Part shown: positions 43,708-52,820 of the stretch, piece by piece | How the letters are laid out: every line of letters begins with the position of its first letter | Position numbering within the stretch: position 1 is the first letter of the stretch | Assembly (NCBI GenBank): GCA_003056165.1 | Contig: LSNR01000002.1 | Span: 2,726 to 66,725 of the forward strand | DNA: 64,000 nt | Reading direction: 5' to 3' | Source of the DNA: Parcubacteria group bacterium M6-OD1-3 | GTDB lineage: Bacteria > Patescibacteriota > Minisyncoccia > Moranbacterales > UBA9337 | The notes under the pieces: model-generated | Seen by the model: the letters and a program-made list of their open reading frames with translations, nothing else | Database searches by the model: none | Told to the model about the DNA's origin: nothing | Made by a program: the position numbers and the translations under genes

Positions 43708-44310
43708 ATGAAGATAATCATTATCCGTCATGGTGTGGCGGAAAAAAGATTGAGCGGACAGGACGATTTGGATCGTCCTTTGATGAAAAATTGCGAGGAG
43801 TTTATCCCTCGACTCGGCGAATTTGATGCCGTTTTCTCTTCGCCGGCTCGCCGGTGTATTGAAACGGCAAAACTGGCGAGCGGACAAAACCCTATCGTTA
43901 TCAATTCTCTTTCCACTCATTTGTGGAATGTAAAAGTTGATAATGTTGAGGGTTGGGAACTAATTGAAAAATGTTACTATCTTCCGGATGGTAGCATGGC
44001 AGAAATTCCGCTCACTATGGCGTGGAAAAATATCTCTGCGCCGAAACAATCAGAAGCATGGAGACTTATTACCGGCGAGGCAATAAGTAAAATGTTTCAT
44101 GGCTACGGAATTGCGTGGAATCGCGTGCTTATTTGCATGCATCAATTCCACGCCCAAATGCTGGCGATTCGCCTGTTGGGCGAAAATCAGCCGGCAGTTG
44201 AAAAGTTTATTCGGGAAATGTATCTCCCTCCCGGAGGAACGATTCCATTAGAAGTTTTCCCCCTAGTGATTCGACCATCCAGAGGAAGAAATGGAGGAAT
44301 TTTTTTCTAG
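43708..44310 (+). CDS. histidine phosphatase superfamily (SixA / PGAM-like) protein
   Basis: 'IIIIRHGVAEK' RHG motif at N-terminus; locally GC-rich. Confidence 0.7.
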   Translation: MKIIIIRHGVAEKRLSGQDDLDRPLMKNCEEFIPRLGEFDAVFSSPARRCIETAKLASGQNPIVINSLSTHLWNVKVDNVEGWELIEKCYYLPDGSMAEIPLTMAWKNISAPKQSEAWRLITGEAISKMFHGYGIAWNRVLICMHQFHAQMLAIRLLGENQPAVEKFIREMYLPPGGTIPLEVFPLVIRPSRGRNGGIFF

Positions 44311-44318
44311 GTTTTTGG

Positions 44319-44358
44319 CCATTATCTCGTTATGGCTAAACGAGATAATGGTTTTCTT
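44319..44358 (+). terminator. 12-bp stem hairpin ccattatctcgt…acgagataatgg plus T-run
   Basis: Read directly. Confidence 0.55.
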
Positions 44359-44425
44359 ATAAAGTTTTCAAATTTAATTTGAAATTTTTTAAGGAAAGAC
44401 TATTTTAATAATTTAAAGCAAAAAT

Positions 44426-45817
44426 ATGGTTAAAAATAAAAATAAAAAAACCTCTTGGATTGACGACTATGCCAAAGCGGTAAAAGACTTTACTTATGAT
44501 CATGACCCGAATTCTCATCAACCTTTTGACGCCTTTTATTTCTATCCTTACTACTTTGATTTATGGTTGGATAAAATTTATCGCGCGATTGTTTTAATTA
44601 AAAGCAATGGAATTAACGATAAGGAAATTTTTTCCAAAATACCATCCCCTTCTTCTTTACGATTTGTATTTTACACAATCGTTAATATGACAGCTTATCT
44701 CAAATATCCAAAAACAAAATCTCGTGTTATTATTGATTTTTTCTTTAAATGTCTATCTAGTCAATCAAAAGATAATAATGTTTTTCATCAAGAAAGAATT
44801 TTGCTTAGAAGCAACGCAGAACTTAAAAAAATATTAACCGGCACCAAAAAAATAAAAACAAAATCCGAACAGCAATTAATTTCCAGATTGATCGGAACAT
44901 TATTGATGTATAATCACATTCTTTACAATGATTATTCAACTGACTATGGTTGCTGGATAGAGGGACCCTATAAAGTTGGTAATCGGATAATTTTAATTAG
45001 AAATTATCCGGATTTGTCGCCTAAAAATTTATGGCCGGAGTTGGAAAATCAATTCTTGAAAGACAAAAAGATTATAACCGTCTACAAAAATATTCCAATC
45101 AAAATGCAATATATGTCCAGCCACTTAGTTGCTAAAAATAATTATCAAAACAATCTTATCGCTTATCAAATATTCTCTAACGGCAAACCGCTCAATGATC
45201 TTTCCAGTTTGGACCAACTTATTAAAGACATTGCCAAGACAACCAGTCAACTGTACGAAAAAGTACGAAAAAAGAATATGACTGAAATTAAGGAACTTTT
45301 TTTACGACAGCAAGGATATGAACTAAAATGGCTATTTGATTTGGCTGGACTGGACTGGCGACCGGGCAACAAAAGACTTAAGCGAGCACAAAAAAGTAGA
45401 GTCCGCCGAAAAATTACTCCCGCCAGTAAACCGAAAACTCAAGAAGAATATGAATCACACATAGGAATTGATTTTTTGAGAAAATTATTTCAAAAAGATA
45501 TTACTCTTTATGGAAAAATAGCCAATAAAGGATTTGCTATCGGTAAAACGAAAATCGTTAAAACGCCAAAAGATTTTCGTTCATTTAAAATGGGTGATAT
45601 TTTGGTAACAACAATTACCAACCCCTCTTTTGTTGGCATCATTTCCAAAGCTGCCGCCATTATTACGGAACTAGGTGGCATCACTTCTCACCCGGCAATC
45701 ATTTCCCGAGAATTTAATTTGCCTTGTTTAGTTGGAGTCAAAAACGCCACCAAAAAATTAACTGATGGCGAATATATAGAAGTCAACGCTTACAAAGGGA
45801 AAGTCAAAGTTTTATAA
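44426..45817 (+). CDS. protein with unknown N-terminal domain (about 370 aa) and C-terminal PEP-utiliser mobile ('swivel') phosphohistidine domain
   Basis: 'GDILVTTITNPSFVGIISKAAAIITELGGITSHPAIISREFNLPCLVG'. Confidence 0.7.
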   Translation: MVKNKNKKTSWIDDYAKAVKDFTYDHDPNSHQPFDAFYFYPYYFDLWLDKIYRAIVLIKSNGINDKEIFSKIPSPSSLRFVFYTIVNMTAYLKYPKTKSRVIIDFFFKCLSSQSKDNNVFHQERILLRSNAELKKILTGTKKIKTKSEQQLISRLIGTLLMYNHILYNDYSTDYGCWIEGPYKVGNRIILIRNYPDLSPKNLWPELENQFLKDKKIITVYKNIPIKMQYMSSHLVAKNNYQNNLIAYQIFSNGKPLNDLSSLDQLIKDIAKTTSQLYEKVRKKNMTEIKELFLRQQGYELKWLFDLAGLDWRPGNKRLKRAQKSRVRRKITPASKPKTQEEYESHIGIDFLRKLFQKDITLYGKIANKGFAIGKTKIVKTPKDFRSFKMGDILVTTITNPSFVGIISKAAAIITELGGITSHPAIISREFNLPCLVGVKNATKKLTDGEYIEVNAYKGKVKVL

Positions 45818-45898
45818 TAATTACGAAATTTCAATAAAAAAAGCCTTGCCTCACATAAACTGTGTAAAGCAAGACTGAAATAATCTTAGACTTGGAAA

Positions 45899-46549
45899 CT
45901 ACAACGATAACTCAAAGCCGTCGTTGTAACCCTCGGAAACATTTTCCATTCCCATTTCTTTTCCGAAGTTATAAACACATTCACCATGGGTGATCACCCA
46001 GGCAATTGTGTCATCTTCTGCTCGTTTGAGCATTTCATAAATCTCAGTAATTACAAGACTCATTCTTTTGGCAATATGTTCGGGACCCTCCGCCCCAAAC
46101 CTCAATCGCTCCTCACGATATTGATCGGTCGAAAAAGCCTTCCAGAAATCCGCTCCCTGCCCCACACACTTTTTGCGGAGAAACTCAGCGAACGAAGTTT
46201 GGAACATAAGTGCCTCGCCCAGCCGGAAATCCAACCGAACATCAATAACGTTTCCGTTAGCATCCCGAATCTCCTCGGCAATTATTTTTGCCGTTTCATA
46301 AGCTCTTTGCCCCAATGTCGGGTCATCAAGCCAATAGGTTGGCGAGTACACGATTAGAAAATTCGTCGCTGGCACCATGTCAACCTCGGTAGATAGACGC
46401 AACAAGGTTTTAATCTTAACACCCTCAACACCCTTCGGAGTCAAACGACCCAATGTCGCCTGCTCCTCTGGAGTTGCGTTTCCTATGCCACCCTCCGGCC
46501 AACTGGAATCGTAGCGACCGTGTCGCTGGATAATAATTTTCTTCATCAC
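45899..46549 (-). CDS. histidine phosphatase superfamily protein (second copy)
   Basis: 'IIIQRHGRYD' RHG motif; locally GC-rich. Confidence 0.65.
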   Translation of the reverse strand: MMKKIIIQRHGRYDSSWPEGGIGNATPEEQATLGRLTPKGVEGVKIKTLLRLSTEVDMVPATNFLIVYSPTYWLDDPTLGQRAYETAKIIAEEIRDANGNVIDVRLDFRLGEALMFQTSFAEFLRKKCVGQGADFWKAFSTDQYREERLRFGAEGPEHIAKRMSLVITEIYEMLKRAEDDTIAWVITHGECVYNFGKEMGMENVSEGYNDGFELSL

Positions 46550-46659
46550 TATACCTCCTTTGTATCGTGATGTTTTTTCAAATTAAGCAAACTATATTAT
46601 TATATAGTTTACCTCCACTGACATTTCACTATCACATAAATGCAAAATAAAGTCAATAG

Positions 46660-47823
46660 CTATATAGTTTTTAAATCAAAATCAGTCAAATCAGGTGTCA
46701 TTACTTTTGCTTTTAATTCATCCGGCAAATACCAAACAAAGAAATAAAATGTTCCTGCATGTCCTGTTGGCTCGTCAATAAATTTAATCCCTTGCTTCTT
46801 TAATAATTTTTTCATTTTAACTTGAATTTCGCCGAGCCAGAGCGGAAGTAATACCGGGTCAATCATTCCCATCACATCTTTATACATTGCCAAGTTTTTT
46901 ACTTGCTCATAAGATAAAACGAATAATTCATATTCTTTTTTATTAAGTTTTTTCTTTGCTTCAAACTTTATTCTTCTTATTTTTTTCTTCATCAAAGCAT
47001 GTCTTTCTATCAACTTTTTGTTTCCCTTCCTAAACTCAACCGCATGAGTTAAAGCGTTATAAATAAGAGTTCTGTCACCACCTCGCATTTTAGTTTGCTC
47101 TATGGGAGTAAGAAGTAGCTTCTCTTTTAATACTTTAAAATCCTTTCGTTGAATAATATTATAAACTTTATCCCAAATCAAATTTATTTTCTTTTCATTT
47201 TTATCGACATTCTCATCTATCAAAATAATCGCTCTATTTAATAATTTTTTTATTTCAGGATCCTTAGATAAAATTTCTAAAATCTTTTGTCCGCCAAAAG
47301 AATCCAATAAATACAAGTCTGCATAATCTGTTTGTATTAAATCTCGTTGCAAAGAAGAAATCTTTTCCTCAAAATCTTCTGCGTCATTTCCAACATCAAC
47401 AATTTTGTATATAAGTCTTTTTAAATTGCTTATGAAAAACTCATGTAAAGGTCCATCAGAAAATAAATAATTAACTATCCAAAAACGATAGCAAATTAAT
47501 TTATTAAACCTTTGGTCTATACTAACTAAAAATTCCAGATCATTTTTATCACCGTTACCATAGTCTTTTTTGATTTTTGCAAAACCAACAAGTAATTCTT
47601 TTTGCGCCCAATCACCATATTTTCTAAATTTTTTTGGATTGTCAAAAACATTCTTAACAACACTTTCGTAATAAGAAATTATTGGAGGAAATTTATATGG
47701 ATAAAAACGCAAAAAACCTTCCAAATCGTTTGAAAGTGTTTGTGGAAATTTTAAGTATTTCTTATCAATCTTCATAAGTATAAATATTACCATTATCCCC
47801 ATCCAAAATAACTTTCTGTCCAT
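46660..47823 (-). CDS. hypothetical protein; possible paralogue of the N-terminal domain of 44426-45817 (shared F-x-F-YPY-x-F motif); start uncertain (overlaps upstream gene; alternative ATG at 47775)
   Basis: ORF track; similarity by eye only. Confidence 0.5.
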   Translation of the reverse strand: MDRKLFWMGIMVIFILMKIDKKYLKFPQTLSNDLEGFLRFYPYKFPPIISYYESVVKNVFDNPKKFRKYGDWAQKELLVGFAKIKKDYGNGDKNDLEFLVSIDQRFNKLICYRFWIVNYLFSDGPLHEFFISNLKRLIYKIVDVGNDAEDFEEKISSLQRDLIQTDYADLYLLDSFGGQKILEILSKDPEIKKLLNRAIILIDENVDKNEKKINLIWDKVYNIIQRKDFKVLKEKLLLTPIEQTKMRGGDRTLIYNALTHAVEFRKGNKKLIERHALMKKKIRRIKFEAKKKLNKKEYELFVLSYEQVKNLAMYKDVMGMIDPVLLPLWLGEIQVKMKKLLKKQGIKFIDEPTGHAGTFYFFVWYLPDELKAKVMTPDLTDFDLKTI

Positions 47824-49045
47824 CTTTTAAAACAATTGTTGCATTTTGAGTCCCAACTACGGCGGGAATATTAAATTCCCTTGACATAATGGCCGCATGG
47901 CACAAACTTCCTCCCAAGTCAGTGATAATTCCTTTAGATCTTTTTATTCCCAGTAAAAAAGGAGGTCTGGTCATCTTGGTAACAAGAATATCGCCTCTTT
48001 TTATTTTTGCCAATTCTTTACTCAAGCTTCCTGACATATTCATATCAATAATTCGAACAACACCGCTAACTTTTCCTCCTGAGGCTGAATACCCTGCCAA
48101 AACTCTTCTTGGCTTTCTTTCAAATTTCTTAAAATATATTCTCATTGCTTTTTCCAACGCCTGATATTCTATTGAAGATTGCAACCAACCTTTCTTATCG
48201 TGAGTAATTGGAATTCCTTCTATGTGCAGTTCTCCTATTATTTGCCGAATATCTTGATTTGGAGTAAGTCCAGTTTTATCATAGGTAGTCACAAGTCTTC
48301 CTCGTCTAAATGTGCTAAAACCATAATAACTTTTATTTAACCCAACCAATTGATACCCCCACCAACCAACGGCTTTACCTCCCTTAAATTTAATATTTAT
48401 TTTATTTTTCTTATCTTCAAGCAGCGTCGACTCGTAAGACTTACAATGACTTTTGTTAAAAATAATATCCACTTCCTTGTTGTTTATAAAAGGACCAAAC
48501 CTTGCTCCAAATTCAGTATTGATATTTTGCAATAATTTATCAGAAAATTTTACCTTTAGCTTTTTGATCACAACCACCGTGCCACTTGTTTTTTTATTTA
48601 CACCATTTTCAATATAAAATGGATATTCATTCCAATCTCCATTCTTCAACCAATCATCTTCACTGTATTTAATAATATATCTTTTATTAGAATTAATTTG
48701 AGTTGTATTTAATTCAAAAACCTTACCCAAAAATGATGTAGCTGTTTTTAATCCTAAGCCAAATTCTCCAAGTTTATTTTTCTTACTGGAAAATCCAAGT
48801 CTAATTGCTCTAGCGGACTCAATTTCACTCATTCCTCTTCCATTATCTATCACCTCAATTTTTTGAGGAGTTATGTTTATTTTTACTATCAATTTTTTAT
48901 TCGGTAAACGGGCGTCAATTGCATTATCAATAAGTTCAGATAAAGCTTCTTGAATAGAATATCCGGTCTGACTTATTTTTGTCAAAATACTCCTATGTGG
49001 AGTTATCTCAATAAACTTTTTCTCTATTTTTTTCGCCTTTTTCAT
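47765..49045 (-). CDS. GHKL (Bergerat-fold) ATPase fused to C-terminal PEP-utiliser swivel phosphohistidine domain
   Basis: N-box 'ELIDNAIDA', G1 'DNGRGM', G2 'GEFGLGLKTA'; C-terminus 'GDILVTKMTRPPFLLGIKRSKGIITDLGGSLCHAAIMSREFNIPAVVG'. Confidence 0.75.
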   Translation of the reverse strand: MKKAKKIEKKFIEITPHRSILTKISQTGYSIQEALSELIDNAIDARLPNKKLIVKINITPQKIEVIDNGRGMSEIESARAIRLGFSSKKNKLGEFGLGLKTATSFLGKVFELNTTQINSNKRYIIKYSEDDWLKNGDWNEYPFYIENGVNKKTSGTVVVIKKLKVKFSDKLLQNINTEFGARFGPFINNKEVDIIFNKSHCKSYESTLLEDKKNKINIKFKGGKAVGWWGYQLVGLNKSYYGFSTFRRGRLVTTYDKTGLTPNQDIRQIIGELHIEGIPITHDKKGWLQSSIEYQALEKAMRIYFKKFERKPRRVLAGYSASGGKVSGVVRIIDMNMSGSLSKELAKIKRGDILVTKMTRPPFLLGIKRSKGIITDLGGSLCHAAIMSREFNIPAVVGTQNATIVLKDGQKVILDGDNGNIYTYED

Positions 49046-49334
49046 TCCAAAATATTTTAAATTTTAAGTAATTTCAAAAATTCTACCATTAATTTCTATT
49101 ATTAACATATCTTTTTTATTATTCTCAGTCAAGTATCTGTACACGGTGTGTTTCATCTTATTTAGTATTATCATTGTCATGTTAATTACATTTAAAAATG
49201 TCATACCATTTATCAAATAGAAATGTCATGCTTTGAAAAATTTATTGATTTTTCAAATTTTAAAAAGTGGTCAAATTATGCACGTGCATAATTTGACCAC
49301 GGTCGAAAATTTATTTAATTTCTTTTGAAAAGTA

Positions 49335-51059
49335 TTATTTTGCTTTCTCCAAAATCCTCACAACGCCATTATCCGCATCAACTTCAACCAAATCACCGTC
49401 TTCCAAAACTTGTGTGGCAATTTTTGTTCCGATGATACACGGTTTTTTTAATTCACGAGCCACAATGGCAGCGTGACTTGTGATTCCTCCTTCATCTGTA
49501 ATAATTGCTTTAGCTTTTCTCATTAAGGGCATAAATTCTGGTCTTGTCATAGATGTAACTAAAATATCCCCTTTTTTGAATTTATTAAATTCTGAAAGTC
49601 TTAACACTGTTTTTACTTTACCTTCAATATCTCCTTTATATGCAACTTGCCCCATAAGCGATTCTTCGTCTCTTTTACAAGATTTAATATATTTTTCTTC
49701 CATTTTTTTCTTTATATCTTCAAAATTCTTATATTCAAATTCTGTAGAACCATCATAATTATGCAGAAATAAAACCCCTTCTTGTCTACTAATAATCTCC
49801 TCTTTTATTTTCTCTAAATAGTTTTTTCCTTTCAAAAACTCCTCAAAGGCACAATAATAAATTAATTCATTATTTAATCCAATTTCTCTAAAAAATCTTT
49901 CCCCAACTTTAAAGTTGATTACAATTCCCTTTCCCATAACATCTTTTTTCTTATCTCTTAAAACAAGAATTGTTTGTATATAATCGACTAATTGTTTTTC
50001 TTCTTTGTTTAATGAATCTCTCCAATTCTTAAAAGATTCTTTTGTTTCTTTGTATTCCAATTCTTCTTTTTTAAGTTCTTTAGATGCCATCTTATGATTC
50101 CTTAAGTATTCTGAGTAATCTTTCTTTATATTTTCTTCCATGTCTTTTATTGATTTTATTTCTATATATCCAGAGTAAGCATATTGCATCTCTTCAGCCA
50201 TATCCTTTACGTTTCTTAAATTTAATATTAAGTTTAGGATTTTTTTATGCCTTCTTTTATCAAAAGAATCCTCTGTTGGTATAATTGCTTTATCCCAGAC
50301 ATTTTCAACAACTTCAGGCTTTAAATCTAAATTGTGTTTATTAATAAATTCAAAGACAAGTTCCTTATCAAATTGTGTTGAGAACCATGCCGTGCAATTA
50401 TATTCCCTTACTAAACTAATTAGTCTTTCTAATTTTTTAATAATTTCTTCTTCTTTATAAGATTCTATATTTTTGTAAGACAAATCAAAATAAATTCCAT
50501 TTATCTCCTCCTCTAAAGTCTCTAAATATGAGATAGTTTTAGATAGTATTTTGTTATCTCTCATATACTTTACAAAAAAGTTTTCTGAAATCATATTATA
50601 CCTAGTTTCAGACATCAAAACAAAAGCTTTACCTTTTTTCATTGCTATAAGAAATTTTATATTTAAATCTTTAACTTTTCTGCCGAAATTAGGGGTAAAT
50701 CCTCCTGCTCCTGCAGCTAAAATTGAAACAGGAACTAAAGGATAAAAAACATCTCTTTCAAATCCTTTCATAAATTTACCTAAAAGTGTCTTGTGTTTTT
50801 GGATTATGCCACTAAGAGTCGTTATCGGTCTACTTTGCGTGATATAAAATTTTCCATTTTCTTGAGCCCATTCTATATCCTGCGGAAGTCCGTAATGGTC
50901 TTCTATTTTTTTAACAAGTTTCGCCAATTCTAAAATCTCTTTATCTGATAAAACTTGCTCTTGACCTTTTTCACCCAACTTCAACCACTCATTACCACCA
51001 CCATCTTTACGATAAAGTCCCCTGTCCTGCTCACTAATATTTTTTTCTAAAATTTTCAT
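49335..51059 (-). CDS. C-terminal fragment of a PEP-synthase / rifampin-phosphotransferase-like protein (end of ATP-grasp, central domain, swivel His domain)
   Basis: 'PQDIEWAQENGKFYITQSRPITTL' (end of PPDK_N) and 'GDILVTSMTRPEFMPLMRKAKAIITDEGGITSHAAIVARELKKPCIIG'. Confidence 0.75.
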   Translation of the reverse strand: MKILEKNISEQDRGLYRKDGGGNEWLKLGEKGQEQVLSDKEILELAKLVKKIEDHYGLPQDIEWAQENGKFYITQSRPITTLSGIIQKHKTLLGKFMKGFERDVFYPLVPVSILAAGAGGFTPNFGRKVKDLNIKFLIAMKKGKAFVLMSETRYNMISENFFVKYMRDNKILSKTISYLETLEEEINGIYFDLSYKNIESYKEEEIIKKLERLISLVREYNCTAWFSTQFDKELVFEFINKHNLDLKPEVVENVWDKAIIPTEDSFDKRRHKKILNLILNLRNVKDMAEEMQYAYSGYIEIKSIKDMEENIKKDYSEYLRNHKMASKELKKEELEYKETKESFKNWRDSLNKEEKQLVDYIQTILVLRDKKKDVMGKGIVINFKVGERFFREIGLNNELIYYCAFEEFLKGKNYLEKIKEEIISRQEGVLFLHNYDGSTEFEYKNFEDIKKKMEEKYIKSCKRDEESLMGQVAYKGDIEGKVKTVLRLSEFNKFKKGDILVTSMTRPEFMPLMRKAKAIITDEGGITSHAAIVARELKKPCIIGTKIATQVLEDGDLVEVDADNGVVRILEKAK

Positions 51060-51061
51060 AA

Positions 51062-52054
51062 TTATTTCTTTAACAACAACAAAAGCAAGCCGACAATTCG
51101 GTCTTTGTCTTTTGGTTTTGATTCTACTACCAAAAGAGTGATAGCAGTCAATGCTTCTGGAGTAATTTTATGTCTAAACTTTATGCCAACTTTTTGCAAA
51201 AACCAAATAAAAGCAAACGCTCCTGTTCGTTTGTTACCGTCGGTGAATGGATGATTTTTAACTACAAAATATAATAAGTGAATTGCTTTTTCTTCTACGG
51301 TTAAATAAACATCTTGACCAAAAACTGCCTGCAAAACATTTCCTAAAATTCCCTCTAAAGTTTTTTGTTTTTTCTCTTGGGCAAATAATTCTGTTGCTTG
51401 TTTTTTCTTAATTAGTTCTTTTTTGAATTTTGCCACTGCTTCATATAATTCATCAGCTTGAATTTTCACTTTCTTTTTAGTGCTTCCTTTAATCGGAAAT
51501 TTATCTTCATCATAAGATTCTAAAGATAACCACGCCCCGGAAAAAGATTTTATCAATTCTAAAATATCAGCAGTTTTTACTGCATTATTTTCGGGTAATA
51601 ATTTTTTGACATCATCAACTGCTTTGATGAATTTATCGTAATTTTTCCCGATGATTTCCGGATTCATATTATAACCTTGATAAATATATTGCCTTAATAT
51701 TCTATTTGACCATTTTCTAAATTTTACGGCTTGAGCTGAATTAGTACGATAACCAACTGCTAAAATAATATCCAAATTATAGAATTCAACTTGTCGTTTT
51801 ATTTCCCTTTTTCCCTCTTTTTGAACTTGTGCAAAAATTGCACTAGTTGAATTTTTATCAACCTCCTTATCTTTAAAAATATTTTTAATATGCTTAGTTG
51901 TCACAGAACGCTCTATTCCAAAAACCTCCGCAATTTGTTTTTGCGTCGCCCAAATAGTTTCATTACCAAAATCACCCCGTAATTCAATTCCGCCGTTTTT
52001 TGCTTGATAAATTACCAAGTTTTTATTTAATTTTACAATCTTTTTCTGAACCAT
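51062..52054 (-). CDS. Fic/Doc-family protein with N-terminal RhuM-like domain; intact Doc-type motif HPFTDGNKRTGAFA
   Basis: ORF track; motifs read directly. Confidence 0.8.
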   Translation of the reverse strand: MVQKKIVKLNKNLVIYQAKNGGIELRGDFGNETIWATQKQIAEVFGIERSVTTKHIKNIFKDKEVDKNSTSAIFAQVQKEGKREIKRQVEFYNLDIILAVGYRTNSAQAVKFRKWSNRILRQYIYQGYNMNPEIIGKNYDKFIKAVDDVKKLLPENNAVKTADILELIKSFSGAWLSLESYDEDKFPIKGSTKKKVKIQADELYEAVAKFKKELIKKKQATELFAQEKKQKTLEGILGNVLQAVFGQDVYLTVEEKAIHLLYFVVKNHPFTDGNKRTGAFAFIWFLQKVGIKFRHKITPEALTAITLLVVESKPKDKDRIVGLLLLLLKK

Positions 52055-52080
52055 ATTATTAACTCACTTTAATTAACTTT

Positions 52081-52779
52081 TTATTTTTTACCAACAACAT
52101 AACTATCCGGTGTGATTTGTCCAGAGACAATAGATTCTCCCAAACCAAATCCTGCTTCAATTATTATTTGATTTCTATCTTCTGTTACTGGATGAACAGA
52201 AAAAGCAATGCCTGATTTTTCAGAATTTATCATTTTTTGGATTACTACTGCGACGGAAATTTTATCTTTATTTAATTTTTTTTCAAAACGATAAAAGATT
52301 GCTCTCGACGTAAATAGTGAAGCCCAGCATTTTTTAACATTTTTCAATAAGTCTTTTTCGGTTGTATTTAAAAAAGAATCTAATTGTCCTGCCCAAGCAT
52401 TTTCTTGTCCGTCTTCCGCTGTAGCTGAGCTACGCACTGCAACAAACTTGGCATTTAACTTTTTAAATTCTTTTTCAATTTCTTTCTTGATTGCTTCTGG
52501 AATTTTTGCTTTTAAAATCAAAGACCGGATATTTTTTGACGCTTTTTCAACACTTTGAAGCTTTTTGACATTTACTTTTTTCAACTCTTTTTGTATTTTT
52601 GAAGTTAGATTATTTTTTTCTAAAAATTCTTCAAAAGTTTTTGTTAAAATCACAAAACCGTCTGGAACTGGAATTCCCGCTTGTGTCATCTCACCAAGTG
52701 AAGCCCCTTTACCTCCAGCAATATGAGTGTCTTTTTTTGATAGTTGTTCAAATGATTTGGTAAACATATCTTCATTCAT
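52081..52779 (-). CDS. N-terminal fragment of the same PEP-synthase-like ATP-grasp (PPDK_N) protein
   Basis: 'GGKGASLGEMTQAGIPVPDGFVIL'; ends …DSYVVGKK, where E. coli PpsA continues …DEFYVHKPT…. Confidence 0.75.
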   Translation of the reverse strand: MNEDMFTKSFEQLSKKDTHIAGGKGASLGEMTQAGIPVPDGFVILTKTFEEFLEKNNLTSKIQKELKKVNVKKLQSVEKASKNIRSLILKAKIPEAIKKEIEKEFKKLNAKFVAVRSSATAEDGQENAWAGQLDSFLNTTEKDLLKNVKKCWASLFTSRAIFYRFEKKLNKDKISVAVVIQKMINSEKSGIAFSVHPVTEDRNQIIIEAGFGLGESIVSGQITPDSYVVGKK

Positions 52780-52820
52780 TAAAGTTTTTTCAATTCCGTC
52801 TCCAAAACCTTTTTTCCATC
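52773..52820. repeat. 48-bp perfect direct repeat, right copy
   Basis: See 42593-42640; here it spans the NUDIX stop / PEP-synthase-fragment start. Confidence 0.9.

Noticed and set aside
51062-52054. Fic insert as an intein in the PEP-synthase-like gene
   Set aside because: It has its own ATG and TAA and the frames are not continuous with the host fragments.
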